63,846 nt of DNA, filler included, from Guillardia theta CCMP2712 (GCF_000315625.1; 6 parts of 6 records of this genome joined end to end with filler, not necessarily neighbours in it), one strand, 5' to 3'. Counted from the whole stretch's first letter, positions 28,943 through 42,329 are shown. The notes: generated by a model not told the origin, from the letters alone. Translations and numbers: made by a program.

Positions 28943-29515
28943 CTGTTGGGACGGGAGGACCCGGCAGCGATGGCGCGCTGGCGGCGCTGACAGCGACGGG
29001 CTCGGTCTCCCTCCTCCTCCTCGCGTACGGCCATCGCCCTAGCCCCAGTGCCCGGCAAGCGTTCTTGAGCGCCGACAGCGAGATCCCCTGCGCTCGATCG
29101 TCACATGGAGGTGTATAGGAGGGAGGGAGGAGAGAGGGAGGGAGGGGGGGAGGTCGCTTACCAGGTGACGGGCAGCGTGAGCTTGGGAGAGGTGGGTGAG
29201 GGAGCGGAGGAGGTCGAGGGTGAGTCTGCGGAAAGAAGGGGAGGGTCCGGGGGATGGAGAACCATTGAGTGTCTTCTTGATCCTGGGGTATACGATACGG
29301 ACGGTCTTGACGGGAGAAGGGAGGGGGGGGGAGGAGGAAGGAGGAGGGGAGGGGAGGGAAGGGAAGAAGAAAGGAGGAGGGGAGGGAAGGGGAGGGACAA
29401 AGAAAGGAGGAGGGGAGGGAGGAGACTGAGGGGAGGAGGAGGAAGGAGTAGAAAGGAGAGTTGTCATGGCAGTCTGAGAGAGCATAGAGGAGGCAGGAGG
29501 GGCATGGCTGGCCAT
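28943..29515 (-). CDS. RWP-RK domain transcription factor (3' exon not resolved)
   Basis: VYPRIKK...LTLDLLRSLTHLSQAHAARHL, intron about 29090-29161, GISLSALKNACRALGLGRWPY. Confidence 0.88.
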
Positions 29516-30618
29516 CACTGTTCTCGAGGGCGAGCAGCATTAAATAGACGTAACAGCAGGCTGTAGGTCCGGTCCCGTGACCGGCTGTTGAGGGGGTAGG
29601 TGTATGATCCAGGGGGTGGGCAGGAGCTCTAGAGGGTGTGCTTCTGACCGCTTCCATCCACTACCCCACCCCCCGAGCCCCCAGAGTTTCTATAGTAACT
29701 ACCCACCCTCCGGGGCACTTCCATACTACGGCTGCTGGTGGCCCCTAAACGTGATTTTTTGAGACGTAAGTGTATCTGAAAGAGTCACCGGATGTCCGAG
29801 GCTGTCAACCGTTGAGGCTCCTGCACGGCTCGTGCCCATCAATCTTCAAGCCAGCCTTTTGACTGCACCTTGATCACCGTGGCACCCCCTCGGACAGTGA
29901 CTCCGGTTCTCGGCGTGAGGGGCCGCATCGAGGGCAACTTTATGATAGTCGGTCCGATCGGTCACACCGGTGTCAGTTAGCCTAGTAGGCGGCAGCGGCG
30001 GTAGGGCCCGATCGAGTCCGTCGGTGGTCGGACTACACTGTGACCGTCGGTGACGGCGGGCCTCCGGCCGTGAACCGGTGACCGGTTCACAGTGACGGTC
30101 ACTGTTATGACAGCCCGGACCCGCCACTCCCGGTCCCGGACTGACTGACTGCCGTCCGATCATCCCATCCGAGCGGGCCCGCCGGGCCTGCCGGCGGCCT
30201 GGCCGGGCGGCCGGCGGCCGGGGTCCGAGTCGGCTGAGCGGCCGTGCGGGGCCCTCTTCCCCACGCATACAGTCCTCCTGATCAGCATGCTGATACATGC
30301 CCTGAGGCTGCGCTGGGATCTTCAGCTCCTGCACCTCCACCTGTCCCCTATCCTGCTCCTGCTCCTTATCCTCCCCTGCCCCCCTATCCTGCTGCTGCTG
30401 CTGCTGCTAGTGCTGTTGATGCTGCTTCTCCTGCCCCTGCCCCTGAGCCTACATCTATCACTGCTCGTGCTCCTGTTGCTTCTCCTTTTCATCCTCATGC
30501 TCCTGCTTCTGACCCTGATCGACTGTTCGCAATGCTTCAAACTGTTCGCTATGCTTCACCCCTTTGATCCTGGTGCTTCTCCTGCAGCACTTGCTCCTGA
30601 GCCTGCACCTATCACTGA

Positions 30619-30650
<32 letters not shown>

Positions 30651-30939
30651 ATCCTTTCTCCGCTGGTTGACAAAGATAGGATCACTTTTTACATGTTTGG
30701 TGATTTGAGTGCGTTCATCTTCGCGCACTTATTATTTCATCCTGTTTGTTTTGCACTTGTTTGCTTCTTTCTGCACCTGTTCACTTCTTCAATCCAGGTG
30801 TTCGATCTCAACGCCAAGTTGAGTCTTGACATGTCCGTTCAAACGCGCTGCAAGATGCCTTCATCATCTTCGAGCAACAGCTTGTAGATTTACCTCAATC
30901 TTGTTCATTGGTGATGGATTTGCTGGCAGGATTTGCTTG

Positions 30940-31432
30940 ATGCTTTTCCTATTGATTGCTCTGAATGATGTTCAGGTATGCCAGCGCTGTTTGTTTTGTT
31001 TAGAATTGAGATCTTCTTTCATGGCAGAGGATTTCATGCGCGGCAAATGATCAGTATGCTGCAACCCAGGTTTGATCAAATCATTGTGCAGCTGACACGC
31101 TGCGATGTGAATCAATACTTTCGTTTGAACCTTACCATCTTCACTTGTGAAATCAGCATCTTTCACTCTCAAAGCATTGCGGTGTGATTTCGAAATCCGC
31201 ACCTGCTGTCAATCTCAATTGTGTTGTGTCAATGCTTCAACCTCCTTGACTCTTCTCTGCTGACTTGCTCTCTGTAAAGGTCGTTGATGACGATGAAGAT
31301 GAAGAAGAGCTTGATAAACCTCCATCTGTTCATGACGACATGAGCGATAAAGGAAACGAGAAAACACGAAAAGATCCGCCTCATGTAGAACAGACGCCAA
31401 GAAAAGAGCAGAAGGTATGAGGCGATGATGGA

Positions 31433-31467
<35 letters not shown>

Positions 31468-32286
31468 CGACGACGATGACAATGACGACGACGACGATGC
31501 TATTCTTGTCATTGTTGTCATAGTCACCGTCTTTGTCGTATTGATGACACAAAGTGGTCTATGACAATCATGTGATAGTGATGCCGAGCGAATAACATTT
31601 CTTTTCTGCTCTTCGTCAAACAGGTTGACGACGTCGAGTTTGACCCGGAGGAGTTTGAAGGCTTCGAGCAAGCAGCTCCCAAGGCAGACGACCAGCAAGC
31701 AGAGTTGAACAGAAGGATGGAAGAGGCGAGGCGAAGGATGGCGATGATGAAAAAGAAGGTGAGGGCGGGGGAGGGAGAGGAAGATCTTCTTGCTGCGGAA
31801 GGTATGGCTCTGACTGCTCTGCTAGGAACTCTGGGAGTATTACCCTGAGATGATTGCTGGATTGATTGTGTTGGTGTACGTTCTGAATTACGTCCGAGGA
31901 AGGTTGGTTCCCTGTCGACTTCGATCTCGTACTTTTCACTTGCTGTGTTGTTGATTCTTGTCTTGCTGCCAGTTCGAAGAACAGGCAAATCGCCAACGGC
32001 TGGTTATCTGTCTGTATCAACAGGTTGCAAGACAACTTTGCGCTGGTACGTGCAGTCATCGACAGTCGTTCCTACTTGTCAAGCTGTCAGTTTCTTCGTT
32101 CATGTCATCACTGAACATGACAACACCTCCTCGTCATCACGTCGCATCCTCCTCCTCCTCCTCCTCCTCCTCCTCCTCCTCCTCCTCCTCCTCCTCCTCC
32201 TCCTCCAATACCACCACCACCACCACTTTCTCCTCCTCCTCCTCCTCCTCCTCCTCCTCCCCCTCCAGTACCATCACCACTATCAC

Positions 32287-32320
<34 letters not shown>

Positions 32321-32329
32321 TTCTTCTTC

Positions 32330-32376
<47 letters not shown>

Positions 32377-35236
32377 TATCATCGTCATTTGCCTCTATGC
32401 TCTTCCTGCTCGTCCTCCTCCTTGCCGTCATTCACCATCACCTACCAACAACCATCTCCTGCTGCTCCTCCTGCACTACCAACACCACCATCTCGTTATT
32501 CACCGCCACCACCTCCCCCTCGTCCACCACCACCTCCACCACCTCCACCACCACCACCACCACCACCACCACCTCCTCCTCCTCCTCTCCCTCTTCCCGC
32601 AAGCCTGTGAGAGTCCTCGTGGCAGGTTGGGAAGGACAACGATGAGGTCCTGGTGAGAGACAGCGCCTGCCATTACACGATGTACTGCAGGTATGGAAAG
32701 GGCAGGGAAGCGAAGCGATGGGATGGGATGGGATGGGATGGGATGGGTTGGGGAGAGGAGGGAAGGGAAGGAGGGGAATGGAGGGAAGAGGAAGAGAAAG
32801 AGGGGCAGGGAGGGAAGGGGAGAGGAAGAGGGAGAAGCGAACAGGAGAGGATGGGGAGAGAACGAAGAAGAGGCAGAGGGAGAGAGGGAGGAGGGACAAT
32901 ATTGGTCGTACGGGCTAAGGGAGGGAGGAGGGAGGGAGAGACAGGAGCTGACTAGCGTGTAGCGGAAGGGTTAACTGCGAAAGCGTTTCAATCTCTCTCG
33001 ATCTTAAACCCAGGTGCTTCTCCTCCTCCTCCCCCCTGCTCCTGCTCCTGCTGCTCCTGCTGCTCCTCCTTCGTCCTCCTGCTTCTTTTTCCTCCTCCTG
33101 CTCCTTTTGTGCTCGTGCTCGTGCTCGTGCTCGTGCTTGTGATCCTCCTCGCTCCTCTCCTCCTCTCTCACATCCAGCAGGCAGGACCTCTTCTCCCTCC
33201 TCTGGGAAGTCTTTCAGCCTTTCGGGAGCGCAAAGTGGGAGGACACGGTGACGGTGGACGTGATGCTGGGCAGCGAAGGAGAGACGGGGGGGATGAAAGA
33301 GAAGTTCACTCTCGCAGTGCTGCAGAAGAGCTCTGAGAGCAAGGTGAGGAACGTGAGGAAGAACAGAAGCAGCTCAAGGAGGAGGAAGCGGGGGCGGGGG
33401 GCGGGGGGCGGGAGAAGGCGGAGGAGGAGGGGCAGGAGCAGATGTAGATGTGATTGTAGAGTTGTAGACCTTGAACATCTCACTTTTGCTCTGCCTCTCA
33501 GGTGAGATCTGAAAATAATGATCTCGAGAGTGCAATGGTCAGGCGATGGAAGACGACATTGCATGACTCCTTCTCCTGCATCGCCGACGACGAGGAGATC
33601 CCAGTGGACCTTATACCTGATGTGGTGCGATACAAGTTGTGTCCTCGCCTGTCCTCTGCTCTGCTCTGCTCTGCTCTGCTCTCCCCTCTCCTCCTTCTCT
33701 GCTCTGCTCTGCTCTGCTCTGCTCTGCTCTGCTTTCCCCTCCTCTCTGCTCTGCTCTGCTCTGCTCTGCTCCCCTTGCGCCCATTCACATCTCATATCAC
33801 CTCATTGATCGGCGTCGCAAAGTCTCATTACATGTCTTCGACCATGACAGGTTGCAAACACCCTCAACGACCACCGGCAGTACATCCGCCTCATCCACTT
33901 CTCCGACAAGATGATCGTGGGTCCCATCAACCAGCGCGAGCAAAGATCGTGCTTGAGGTTTTCCTTCTTCCTCCTCCCCGATGATCGACACGCGGCCAAG
34001 GTCAAGTAGAGGAGGGAGGAGGAGGAGAGGTACAGGAGAGTGCAGGGGAGGAGAGAGGAGGGGAGGGGAGTGTGAAGAGATGTGAAGGAATTAGGAGCAG
34101 CAGCAAGAGGGAGACAGAAGAGTTGGGCTCTGTGGTAGTGGGATAGGAGAGAGGACAGAGGAAATCAAGGACGGGGATGGGGACGTGAGGAGAGGGGGAG
34201 GAGGAGGAGGAGGAGGAGGAGGAGGAGGGAGGGAGGGATCATGGAGGAGGATGGAAGGGGAGGAGGAGGGAGGTGGAGAGAGGAGAAGGTGGGGAGTGGA
34301 GGGGAAAGAGAAGGAGGATGGAGGGGGGAGGGAATCGAGTGGACGCTGACAAACTGTCCGTCAGGATGGAGGAAAAAGCAAGTCGGACATGGAGAAATTG
34401 AGAACCTCGGAAATTCTCCTCGAAATCTCTTTTGTCTCTACTCCCGGCNNNNNNNNNNNNNNNNNNNNNNNNNNNNNNNNNNNNNNNNNNNNNNNNNNNN
34501 NNNNNNNNNNNNNNNNNNNNNNNNNNNNNNNNNNNNNNNNNNNNNNNNNNNNNNNNNNNNNNNNNNNNNNNNNNNNNNNNNNNNNNNNNNNNNNNNNNNN
34601 NNNNNNNNNNNNNNNNNNNNNNNNNNNNNNNNNNNNNNNNNNNNNNNNNNNNNNNNNNNNNNNNNNNNNNNNNNNNNNNNNNNNNNNNNNNNNNNNNNNN
34701 NNNNNNNNNNNNNNNNNNNNNNNNNNNNNNNNNNNNNNNNNNNNNNNNNNNNNNNNNNNNNNNNNNNNNNNNNNNNNNNNNNNNNNNNNNNNNNNNNNNN
34801 NNNNNNNNNNNNNNNNNNNNNNNNNNNNNNNNNNNNNNNNNNNNNNNNNNNNNNNNNNNNNNNNNNNNNNNNNNNNNNNNNNNNNNNNNNNNNNNNNNNN
34901 NNNNNNNNNNNNNNNNNNNNNNNNNNNNNNNNNNNNNNNNNNNNNNNNNNNNNNNNNNNNNNNNNNNNNNNNNNNNNNNNNNNNNNNNNNNNNNCCCTCC
35001 TCTCCTCTCCTCTCCTTCCTCCCTCCTCCTCCTCTCCCTCTCCTCTCTCCTCCTCCTCCTCTCCTCTCCTCTCCTCTCCTCTCTCCTCTCTCCTCTCTCC
35101 TCTCCTCTCCTCTCCTCTCCTCTCCTCCCCTCCCCTCCCCTCTAACTCCACGTGTCAGTTGGCCGCCAAGTTCGAGCAGAAGCTTCTCAAGAAGCAGCAG
35201 AAGAAGTCCATGCCCATCAAGATGAAGATGAAGTAG
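30940..35236 (+). CDS. CCDC47: CCDC47/DUF1682 ER membrane protein (PAT complex subunit); start uncertain, spans a gap
   Basis: Acidic N-terminus (FDPEEFEGF), TM EMIAGLIVLVYVLNYVRG, KNRQIANGW...LQDNFAL, QDLFSLL, IRLIHFSD, basic tail KFEQKLLKKQQKKSMPIKMKMK*. Confidence 0.85.
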
Positions 35237-35929
35237 ACTTCCTCTGGGCCCGCCTCAATAGCTGAATGAGCCTGAGTGAAGACCGTTGAATCCTCCTCCT
35301 CCTCCTCCTCCTCCTCCTCCTCCTCCTCCGGGGAGTCCTGCGGAGTCTCCTGCTCCCCGGAGTACGGTCCTCCTGCTCCTCCTCCTCCCGGAGTCCTATG
35401 AAGTCACTGAACATGTTCAACGGTCACCGTCCGACGGTCACTGTGTCACGGATCAAGTTCAGCCTGGCAGCGGCTGGCCAGTGGGCCACCCGGGCCCGGC
35501 CCGGGGGCCGGCCCGGTCACCGGGTGACTCCGAGTCCCCGGCGTCCGGCCGGGCACGGCCGGGCACGGGGGGCCGGGCCTGCGGAAACAAATCAGCCTGA
35601 GTCAGCAACTTGCCAGTGACTGGCCGGGCCGCGGGCGGCGGCGGCGCCGCCCGAGAGGCAACGTATTACAGTTAGTCAGTGGCTTTTTACTCAACTACTT
35701 CAAGTAGCTTAGCCTACTAGTAGAGCTTCCGAGTCAGATTAATTAATTAAGCATCAGCCTTTAAATTCGAGACGGTCAAGATTAGCACACTACCCCACCC
35801 TTGATATTCCATTGATCTGAGCTAACCGTACCCGGTACTTTCTACTTATCTTGTTCACTCCACGTCACGCCCTAAATGTTGGGCTCCGTTACCACCCCAC
35901 CCCATAAGACTCACTCTTCTCTACGAGAA

Positions 35930-36965
35930 AAAGTGGGTAGGGTTGGGCCAACTAATCCATGGACAGCGTGGGGTACTTAAAGGAGAAATAGGGGGTACTT
36001 CATGGTCAATAGGGGGGTACACTGATCATGACCCGATGGTAAACGCATGTAGGGAAGGGAGGTGGTATGAAAAGGGACCCAGTACCCTAGAAATAGAAGG
36101 GAATTAATGGGGTACTGCGATCAGATCATTTTGCAAGAGTTTGATTTGCTGTTTGGTCCTATCAAGGTCCTATCAGACATCGTATGAGATAGGGAGCCGA
36201 TAATTCATGGGACAACAGGGTACCCACCTATGTGTTCGACCTTGGTATTGACGGTAGGGTAATGTGAAGGGTGGGTAGTAATCATTACCACGGGTGTCAT
36301 TAAGAAAATTTGTTGTTACGTCAGGGTGGGTACATTCACAAAGGGGGTAGGGGTTACACCAAGGAGTACTGTGGGCGGGTAGGGTTGGCAGAGAAGAAGG
36401 TTGACCTAGGTTTCGGTCCTAGGAAAATTGTATGGAAGTGACAAGGAGAGTGAGCAATAGTAGGGCGGGGTGGTAATCCGTAGATCGCAGGGGTGTGTGT
36501 GGGCTCATATTCAACTCTTCTAGGGTGGTGGGGTACTTTCAATTATCACGAGCTAGGGTACCAAAGAGGTAAACTTTTTCGGAGTGGGTGGGGGGGGGTA
36601 GTACCCTACCCCATAACACCATTCAGAGGCAGTGCACTGGAACATCGCATGAGAAGGGTGGAGGTAGGAACAGGTGTAGCATAGGGGTACCGTAAAATGG
36701 AGGGGTAGGGTAGTCTTGTAACCGGTGATTATGTAGGAATAGAATGGGGTGAAGACGAGATACAGTGACAGGGTGTTGCATTGGGTAGGGTACTCCATGA
36801 CTACAGGGTAGGGGTACTCGAGATGGGTGGGGGGGTTCAGATGTAGGTCAGAAGAGGATAGGACCAGAGGGAACCTGAGTTGACAGTCAGAGGTGGGGGT
36901 CATTTGGGGGAAAATTGAGGGGTTGTATATCTGAGGGTGGGTAGAGACAGGGGGAAAGGGGGGTG
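35930..36965 (+). promoter_or_regulatory. GGGGTA(C)/GGGTAG motif-rich upstream region of the AP2 gene
   Basis: Many strand-biased copies, no convincing ORF; regulatory role is inferred. Confidence 0.4.
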
Positions 36966-37563
36966 AGGGTCGTCCTTGTTAGAATGGCACAGGCGACATG
37001 CAGGTACGAACGTCGGGGCAAGGCGGGAAAATGGAGGACGAGGAGGACGAGGATGGGGGTGAGAGGGAGTAGAACGATGCTTCTGTCATCGTTGAGGGAG
37101 GAGGAACGATTGTGTTGTTTGTTCTCTGAGAATGTCGAGGAAAGGCTGCTCACTTTGTTCTTGGGTGAGAAGGATGTCAGGGAATTGTTGGGTAGCTGAT
37201 GCTAAAAGCATGCTGATGAGGGTTAAGACCACCTTGAGCTTTTTGTTTCTTGATGTGAAACCTGCAAAGGTGAAAGCTTTGAGTTGTGGGGAGGGACAAA
37301 GTTGGGAGCTGCCTCTCACAGTTTCGCAAATTGTGTGTGGTCCCGTTCTTTGCCCATTGCGTCATCTTTCCTGGATTTTTCTCGTCTGAGCAAGTGTGAT
37401 TGTGTGTTTTGATGATCATTATCCAGACATCTCAGAATTTTCCCCGTGCCTGTACCGAGTGTGACTTATTGGTATGTTGCAGGGCATGTGTTGGGAGCCC
37501 CCTTGCTTGAGAGCAGATTGAAAGAGATGAGCTTGCCTACCTGTACGTCCAGTCTCTCGTAAG

Positions 37564-40353
37564 ATGCTCATATGTGAAACACACGACATGGACAACTACG
37601 AACAGGAGAAGTTCTTCCCTTACGACTCCAGTCCCGACGACAAATACCTGGAGGAGCCCATGAGCTCGGACCTGATGTACGAGCTTGAAGATGACAACAC
37701 TTGTCTACAAACGAGCAACATGGATGCTGAAAACCAGTCCCATCTTTCCGCACTGGCAACTCCGGACAAAGCGCTGGAGATGGATGTATTTGTCGAACGG
37801 ATACTCTCATTTTGCGACAAGATGCGAGAGTTGAAACTCTGCCAATTGCCGGAAGAGTCCCAGTCAAGAATACGGTCATGTCGTGGGACATCTGATATTA
37901 GGAGCGTTCTTCTCGAAGTCTTGACTGCTGTGTTGACGGGATTGAAATCAAGAGGAATGGAGTGTTCGCCCGTCGACAATGCGGTGGAACGAATGGGGCA
38001 ACACGACACTTTTGTTTCAATTCAGAATATATTTTCAGAGTTGGAGTGCATGGAGTGGGAGAAGCTCTCTGTCAAAGAATCTTGCGAGGTTGAGCAAGAA
38101 CCTACAGGGTCAAATCAGCGGGTGAAGCAGGACGACGACGAAGGCAATGCGAGAACGGTGACATGTACTAGTCGATATGGTAGAGCGCGAAACGTTCCAA
38201 ACTTTGCCAGGATGGTAGACCCTCTGTCGAATCGATCGAGTGCAGACCATGCTAGCAGCAGAGAGAGAGGGATGAGCAACACACTCAACGACGAGGCCCA
38301 GTCCTCTGCCAACCAGAACATGATCGAGATAGTGAAGAACATCATGAGCAGACTCGACGAGTTGTTGGATTCTTCTCTTCCCATCCAACAGCAGGAGAAG
38401 TACGTGGGCGTTCGGGTGAAGCAGGCAGGGTACGGTGCTGTGATCAAGAAGAATCATATAGAACTCAACCTTGGCACGTTCACGTCAGTGGAAGAAGCAG
38501 CGCGCGCCTACGACGTGGCTGCGCTGCTCTGCCAGGGTGATCGTGCGAAGCTGAACTTTGTGGACTCCATTGATCTGGTCCGGAAGTATGACGCGAACCT
38601 GATACGAGATGTCGCGCCACTCCGATCGAACTACTGCCCGATCAACTTCGACTCCGTGGACCTGGAGAATGTGTCTATCTTCGGGGATATCTTGAACGAC
38701 TTGGCTGACAGAATACCTTATGGTGCGGTGAGGGAGTTGGATTCTGCGTTCTGGGACGTCTTCTCAGAGAAAAACAAGAGCTTTCAGTCGTTCCAAGACT
38801 TTGGGTTGCAGCTTCTCTGGCTCACCTCTCAGCTTGAAGACAAGGCTCTGAATGCTTTTTTCTTAGCGAACCGCCTGTCGTGGGAAGAGCGATGCCGGGC
38901 GTGTAAGAGCGGAACAGAGGCAGTCGAGCTTGTAAGGGAGCTGGAAGAACGTGGCATCAACTGGGACAAGGTGAAGGGGATCTGGGAAGCTGCTGGAAAG
39001 AAGGAAGCGATGGGGAAGGAAGGCGGGGCTGAGGCTGCGCGGGAAGGGGTGAACACAGACGAGGGCAACAAGACTCCACAGCACTCGCTTCCCATGAAAC
39101 GAAAGCGAAGTGAAGCTAACGAGTTTCTAACGTCATTCCTGAGATTAAATTGGCATGTGATATCTGGGCACGACAGCGATGGGAGCTCAGAATGCCAAGG
39201 CCTCGAGCCAACGTTGGAGTATATCCGGCAGAACAAACGGCATACCATGACAGGGCTCGCGGGCATGTTAGCAGCAAACAGACTCTATCGAGACGGACAG
39301 GGGAGAGTGAGACCTGCAGCGTTGGAGCACATCGGGAAGTGTCGAGGGCTGATCTGCCGTTTCTGTGGCAAGGAGTTCACTCATGCCCCGGCTCACTTGC
39401 AGCATGAACGAGCGCACATGCAGCAGCAAGAGACCAAAAACCCGTGAGTCTTTGCACCTTGCTCCCCCCTCCTCGCTGTTGCCCTCAGTGTCTGTCGCTT
39501 GTCGCGCATGTCTGTCGTGCTCCTGTTGCCCCTCCGACTGACTCTGACACGGTCCACCAGATCGTCGAGGATTTTTCAGCACATGATGCCTGGAATGAAC
39601 AAGGCTTCGATTCGTGCAACATTGCACTCACAAGAGGTCTTGGGTCTGAAAGGTCTGAATGAGAACTGCCAAGCAGACCCAGCAATTGCCGGCTTCTGCA
39701 CCCGAGAGAATGTCTTTGCGTGCGTTTCAGAGTTCGTAGCCTCGATCCCGATGACGGCTGTACAATTCACCGACCCGCCAGAGACTGTGGAAGTGCCGAC
39801 GTTGAAGTCTGAGAACGAACAAGTGAAATCCTGTCTGCGTGACCTTCTTCAGATCGAGAAACAACTCAACCCCTGCCACTTCCAGCCTGACTGGAAGGAA
39901 AAGGAGTCGCCGCAGTGGGTCAGCGATTGCGAGTCGGTCTTGAACGAAGACGGCCTGGTCTCAGTCGTCTCGAGGCTGTTCCAAGGGATCAACTGGATGA
40001 ACCTGAACAAGAAGATCGAGGAGATGGCCGAGTTCCACGAGAGCCTCAAGCCAGAGGCCGTCAACGCGTGTGGATCCGACGCCAAGACGTGCATAGAGCA
40101 GGGGCTGCCTTGCCCGCTGTGCGCTAGGATGAGCAAGGGAGTGGCAGCTTGCTTCGCACAGGGACATCTGTACATCTCCGAGGACGGGGAGCTGCCGACG
40201 TCATGCAAGGAGTGCAAGCTGAGGAACAAGGGGGCTTTCTTCTGTTTCAAGCGCGGCCACATGACGCGGCTCCGGGCTGTTCCCTTCTCGAGCGAGGGAG
40301 TGCCAGCTTCGAACATGCTGCCTGATGTCTACTTGGGTTCCATCATAGCATGA
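37564..40353 (+). CDS. AP2/ERF-domain + C2H2 zinc-finger protein with C-terminal Cys/His motifs
   Basis: KYVGVR...LGTFTSVEEAARAYDVAALLCQGDRAKLNF (AP2); CRFCGKEFTHAPAHLQHERAH (C2H2); GTGAGT donor at about 39444 splices in frame to ORF 39499-40353 via acceptor 39488 or 39560. Confidence 0.85.
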
Positions 40354-40643
40354 GATGGCTCGGACTTGTTTTTCTAGGTTTTCTTCCAGGAGGTGGGAGG
40401 ACGCTGTGATGCTGGGAGGAGTAGGGAGAGGAGTAGAGGCTAGGGGAAGAGAGGAGCGGGTAAGATAGGATGTGTCGTTTTATTGCTGAAGTCACTTTTC
40501 ATTGACGGAATGCAAGTGTGCAGCAAGCGCAAAATAACATGGGCGAGAGGGAAAACCCCTCCTCTCTCAACGTCTCCTCTCCCTCTAGGCCCTCCCGGGC
40601 CTTGCCCGAGACGCGGGCGACCCCTCGACTCTCAGCGGCTCCT

Positions 40644-41512
40644 CTACATGAACTTCTGAACCAGGAAGGCGATCACAGCCATGACAAGGACAGGGACGAG
40701 GATCTTTGTGATGCCTCCTGACCCTCCGTCGGAGTCAGCGGAGGCTCCTAGCTTGGATTTTTTCTTGGGCGCATCCCCGTCGCTCTTGTAGTCCCCGATC
40801 TCGTACTTCTTCAGTTGCTCCCGAGCTGCCTTAGAGTGTCCGATGTCCTCGAACGCATCTGTCGCGTCCATGCCTGCAGTAACAGTGTGAGCAGAGCCGT
40901 ACATGTCTCCTCCTCCCCTCCCTCCTTGCCTCCCTTATCTCCTCCCCTGCCTACCCTATATCCTCTCCTCTCTCCCTTATCTCCTCTCCTCCCTCCCTGC
41001 CTCCCCTATCTCCTCTCCTCCCTCCTTTCTCCTCCCCTCCCTCCTCCAAGTCTTCGTGCTTCCTCACCTGCAACTTCCAACATGACTTCCTCACCACCCG
41101 GATGCTCGATCAAGAACTTGGTGACGTCATAAACCTGAAGATCAAATAAGGGACATCTTCAATGACGCAGATGTTGGAAACAATGAGGTTGAGCTCCATA
41201 CCATCAGCATTAGCATGAACATCATTCAGACTACTCTTTACAATGGAGACCTAGCATCATCAACATCACATTCAACTTTATCTCCATCGCTACTATCAGT
41301 ATCTTTCATTGAATCTCAATAATCCCATATATCCCCATCATCATCATCATCCTCTTCGCCTTTCACATCGACTCATTAATATTCAGCAATTAAACTTCAT
41401 AACACTGGTAAACTTCATCTCTTTCTCTCATCACCTTGCCATGAATCGCCATCCAGCAATCCTCCTTGGTCTTGTGGAGTTCTAGATCCGCGCTCGAATA
41501 TTCTTGTACCAT
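40644..41512 (-). CDS. CYB5: Cytochrome b5, tail-anchored, 3 exons
   Basis: HKTKEDCWMAIHGK / VYDVTKFLIEHPGGEEVMLEVAG / DATDAFEDIGHSKAAREQLKKYEIG plus C-terminal TM helix. Confidence 0.95.
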
Positions 41513-41669
41513 GATGAAAAAACTAAAAGATCCTGAAGCACAGGAATCATGTTAACTTTTCAAGTCTCCGTTTTGCCACTCCTCCTCGCCTCCTCCTCCT
41601 CCTCCTCCTCCTCCTCCTCCTCCTCCTCCTCCTCCTCCTCCTCCTCCTGATCCATCTCCCTTCTTCCTA

Positions 41670-41703
<34 letters not shown>

Positions 41704-42181
41704 ATCCATCACCCTTCTTCCTACGCTTGTTTGTCTCATCTCATCTCCCGCTTCTTCCCTTTCCATCACTTCTTCATCATCTTCTTACAACTTGGTATCT
41801 CTTGTTCACATCCTTCTGCTCTATTGTTCACCATACTCTTCGATTCATCCTGTTTTCAAACTGCGCCCTCCTGTCGAAAAGTCTGCATGCGTCTCTTTCC
41901 TGTAGACGCTGATCATGTTCTGCTTCCAGTAGACGAAATCTTTAAGACACACCACTCCCCATTATCAAGCTCAAAATTCCTACATCGAAATCCTCCTCCT
42001 CCTCCTCCTCCTCCTGCTGCTGCTCTCCTCCTCCTCATATTCGTACATGCATTTGATTTCTGCATTGATCTTCATGAAATTCCATGTTTCAGACTTGATT
42101 GTCGATTCATAGAGCCAGAAGCGTTTTTTACTTCCTCGTTGCTATCAGTCTGGCCCACGTAACATTGCCCTCCACCACCAT

Positions 42182-42216
<35 letters not shown>

Positions 42217-42329
42217 ACTCTTTCACCATTTCTGACTTCTTCATGTTCATCTTGCTGCTGCTACTGCGTCTTTTCCTTCCCCATCTCAAGGAAGTTCTTC
42301 CTCCGCCATCTCGCCCCCGCCATTAACCA

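Noticed and set aside
31945-32962. Poly-H/L/P/D/M ORFs (also near 10300, 22050 and 60900)
   Set aside because: Translations of intronic microsatellites
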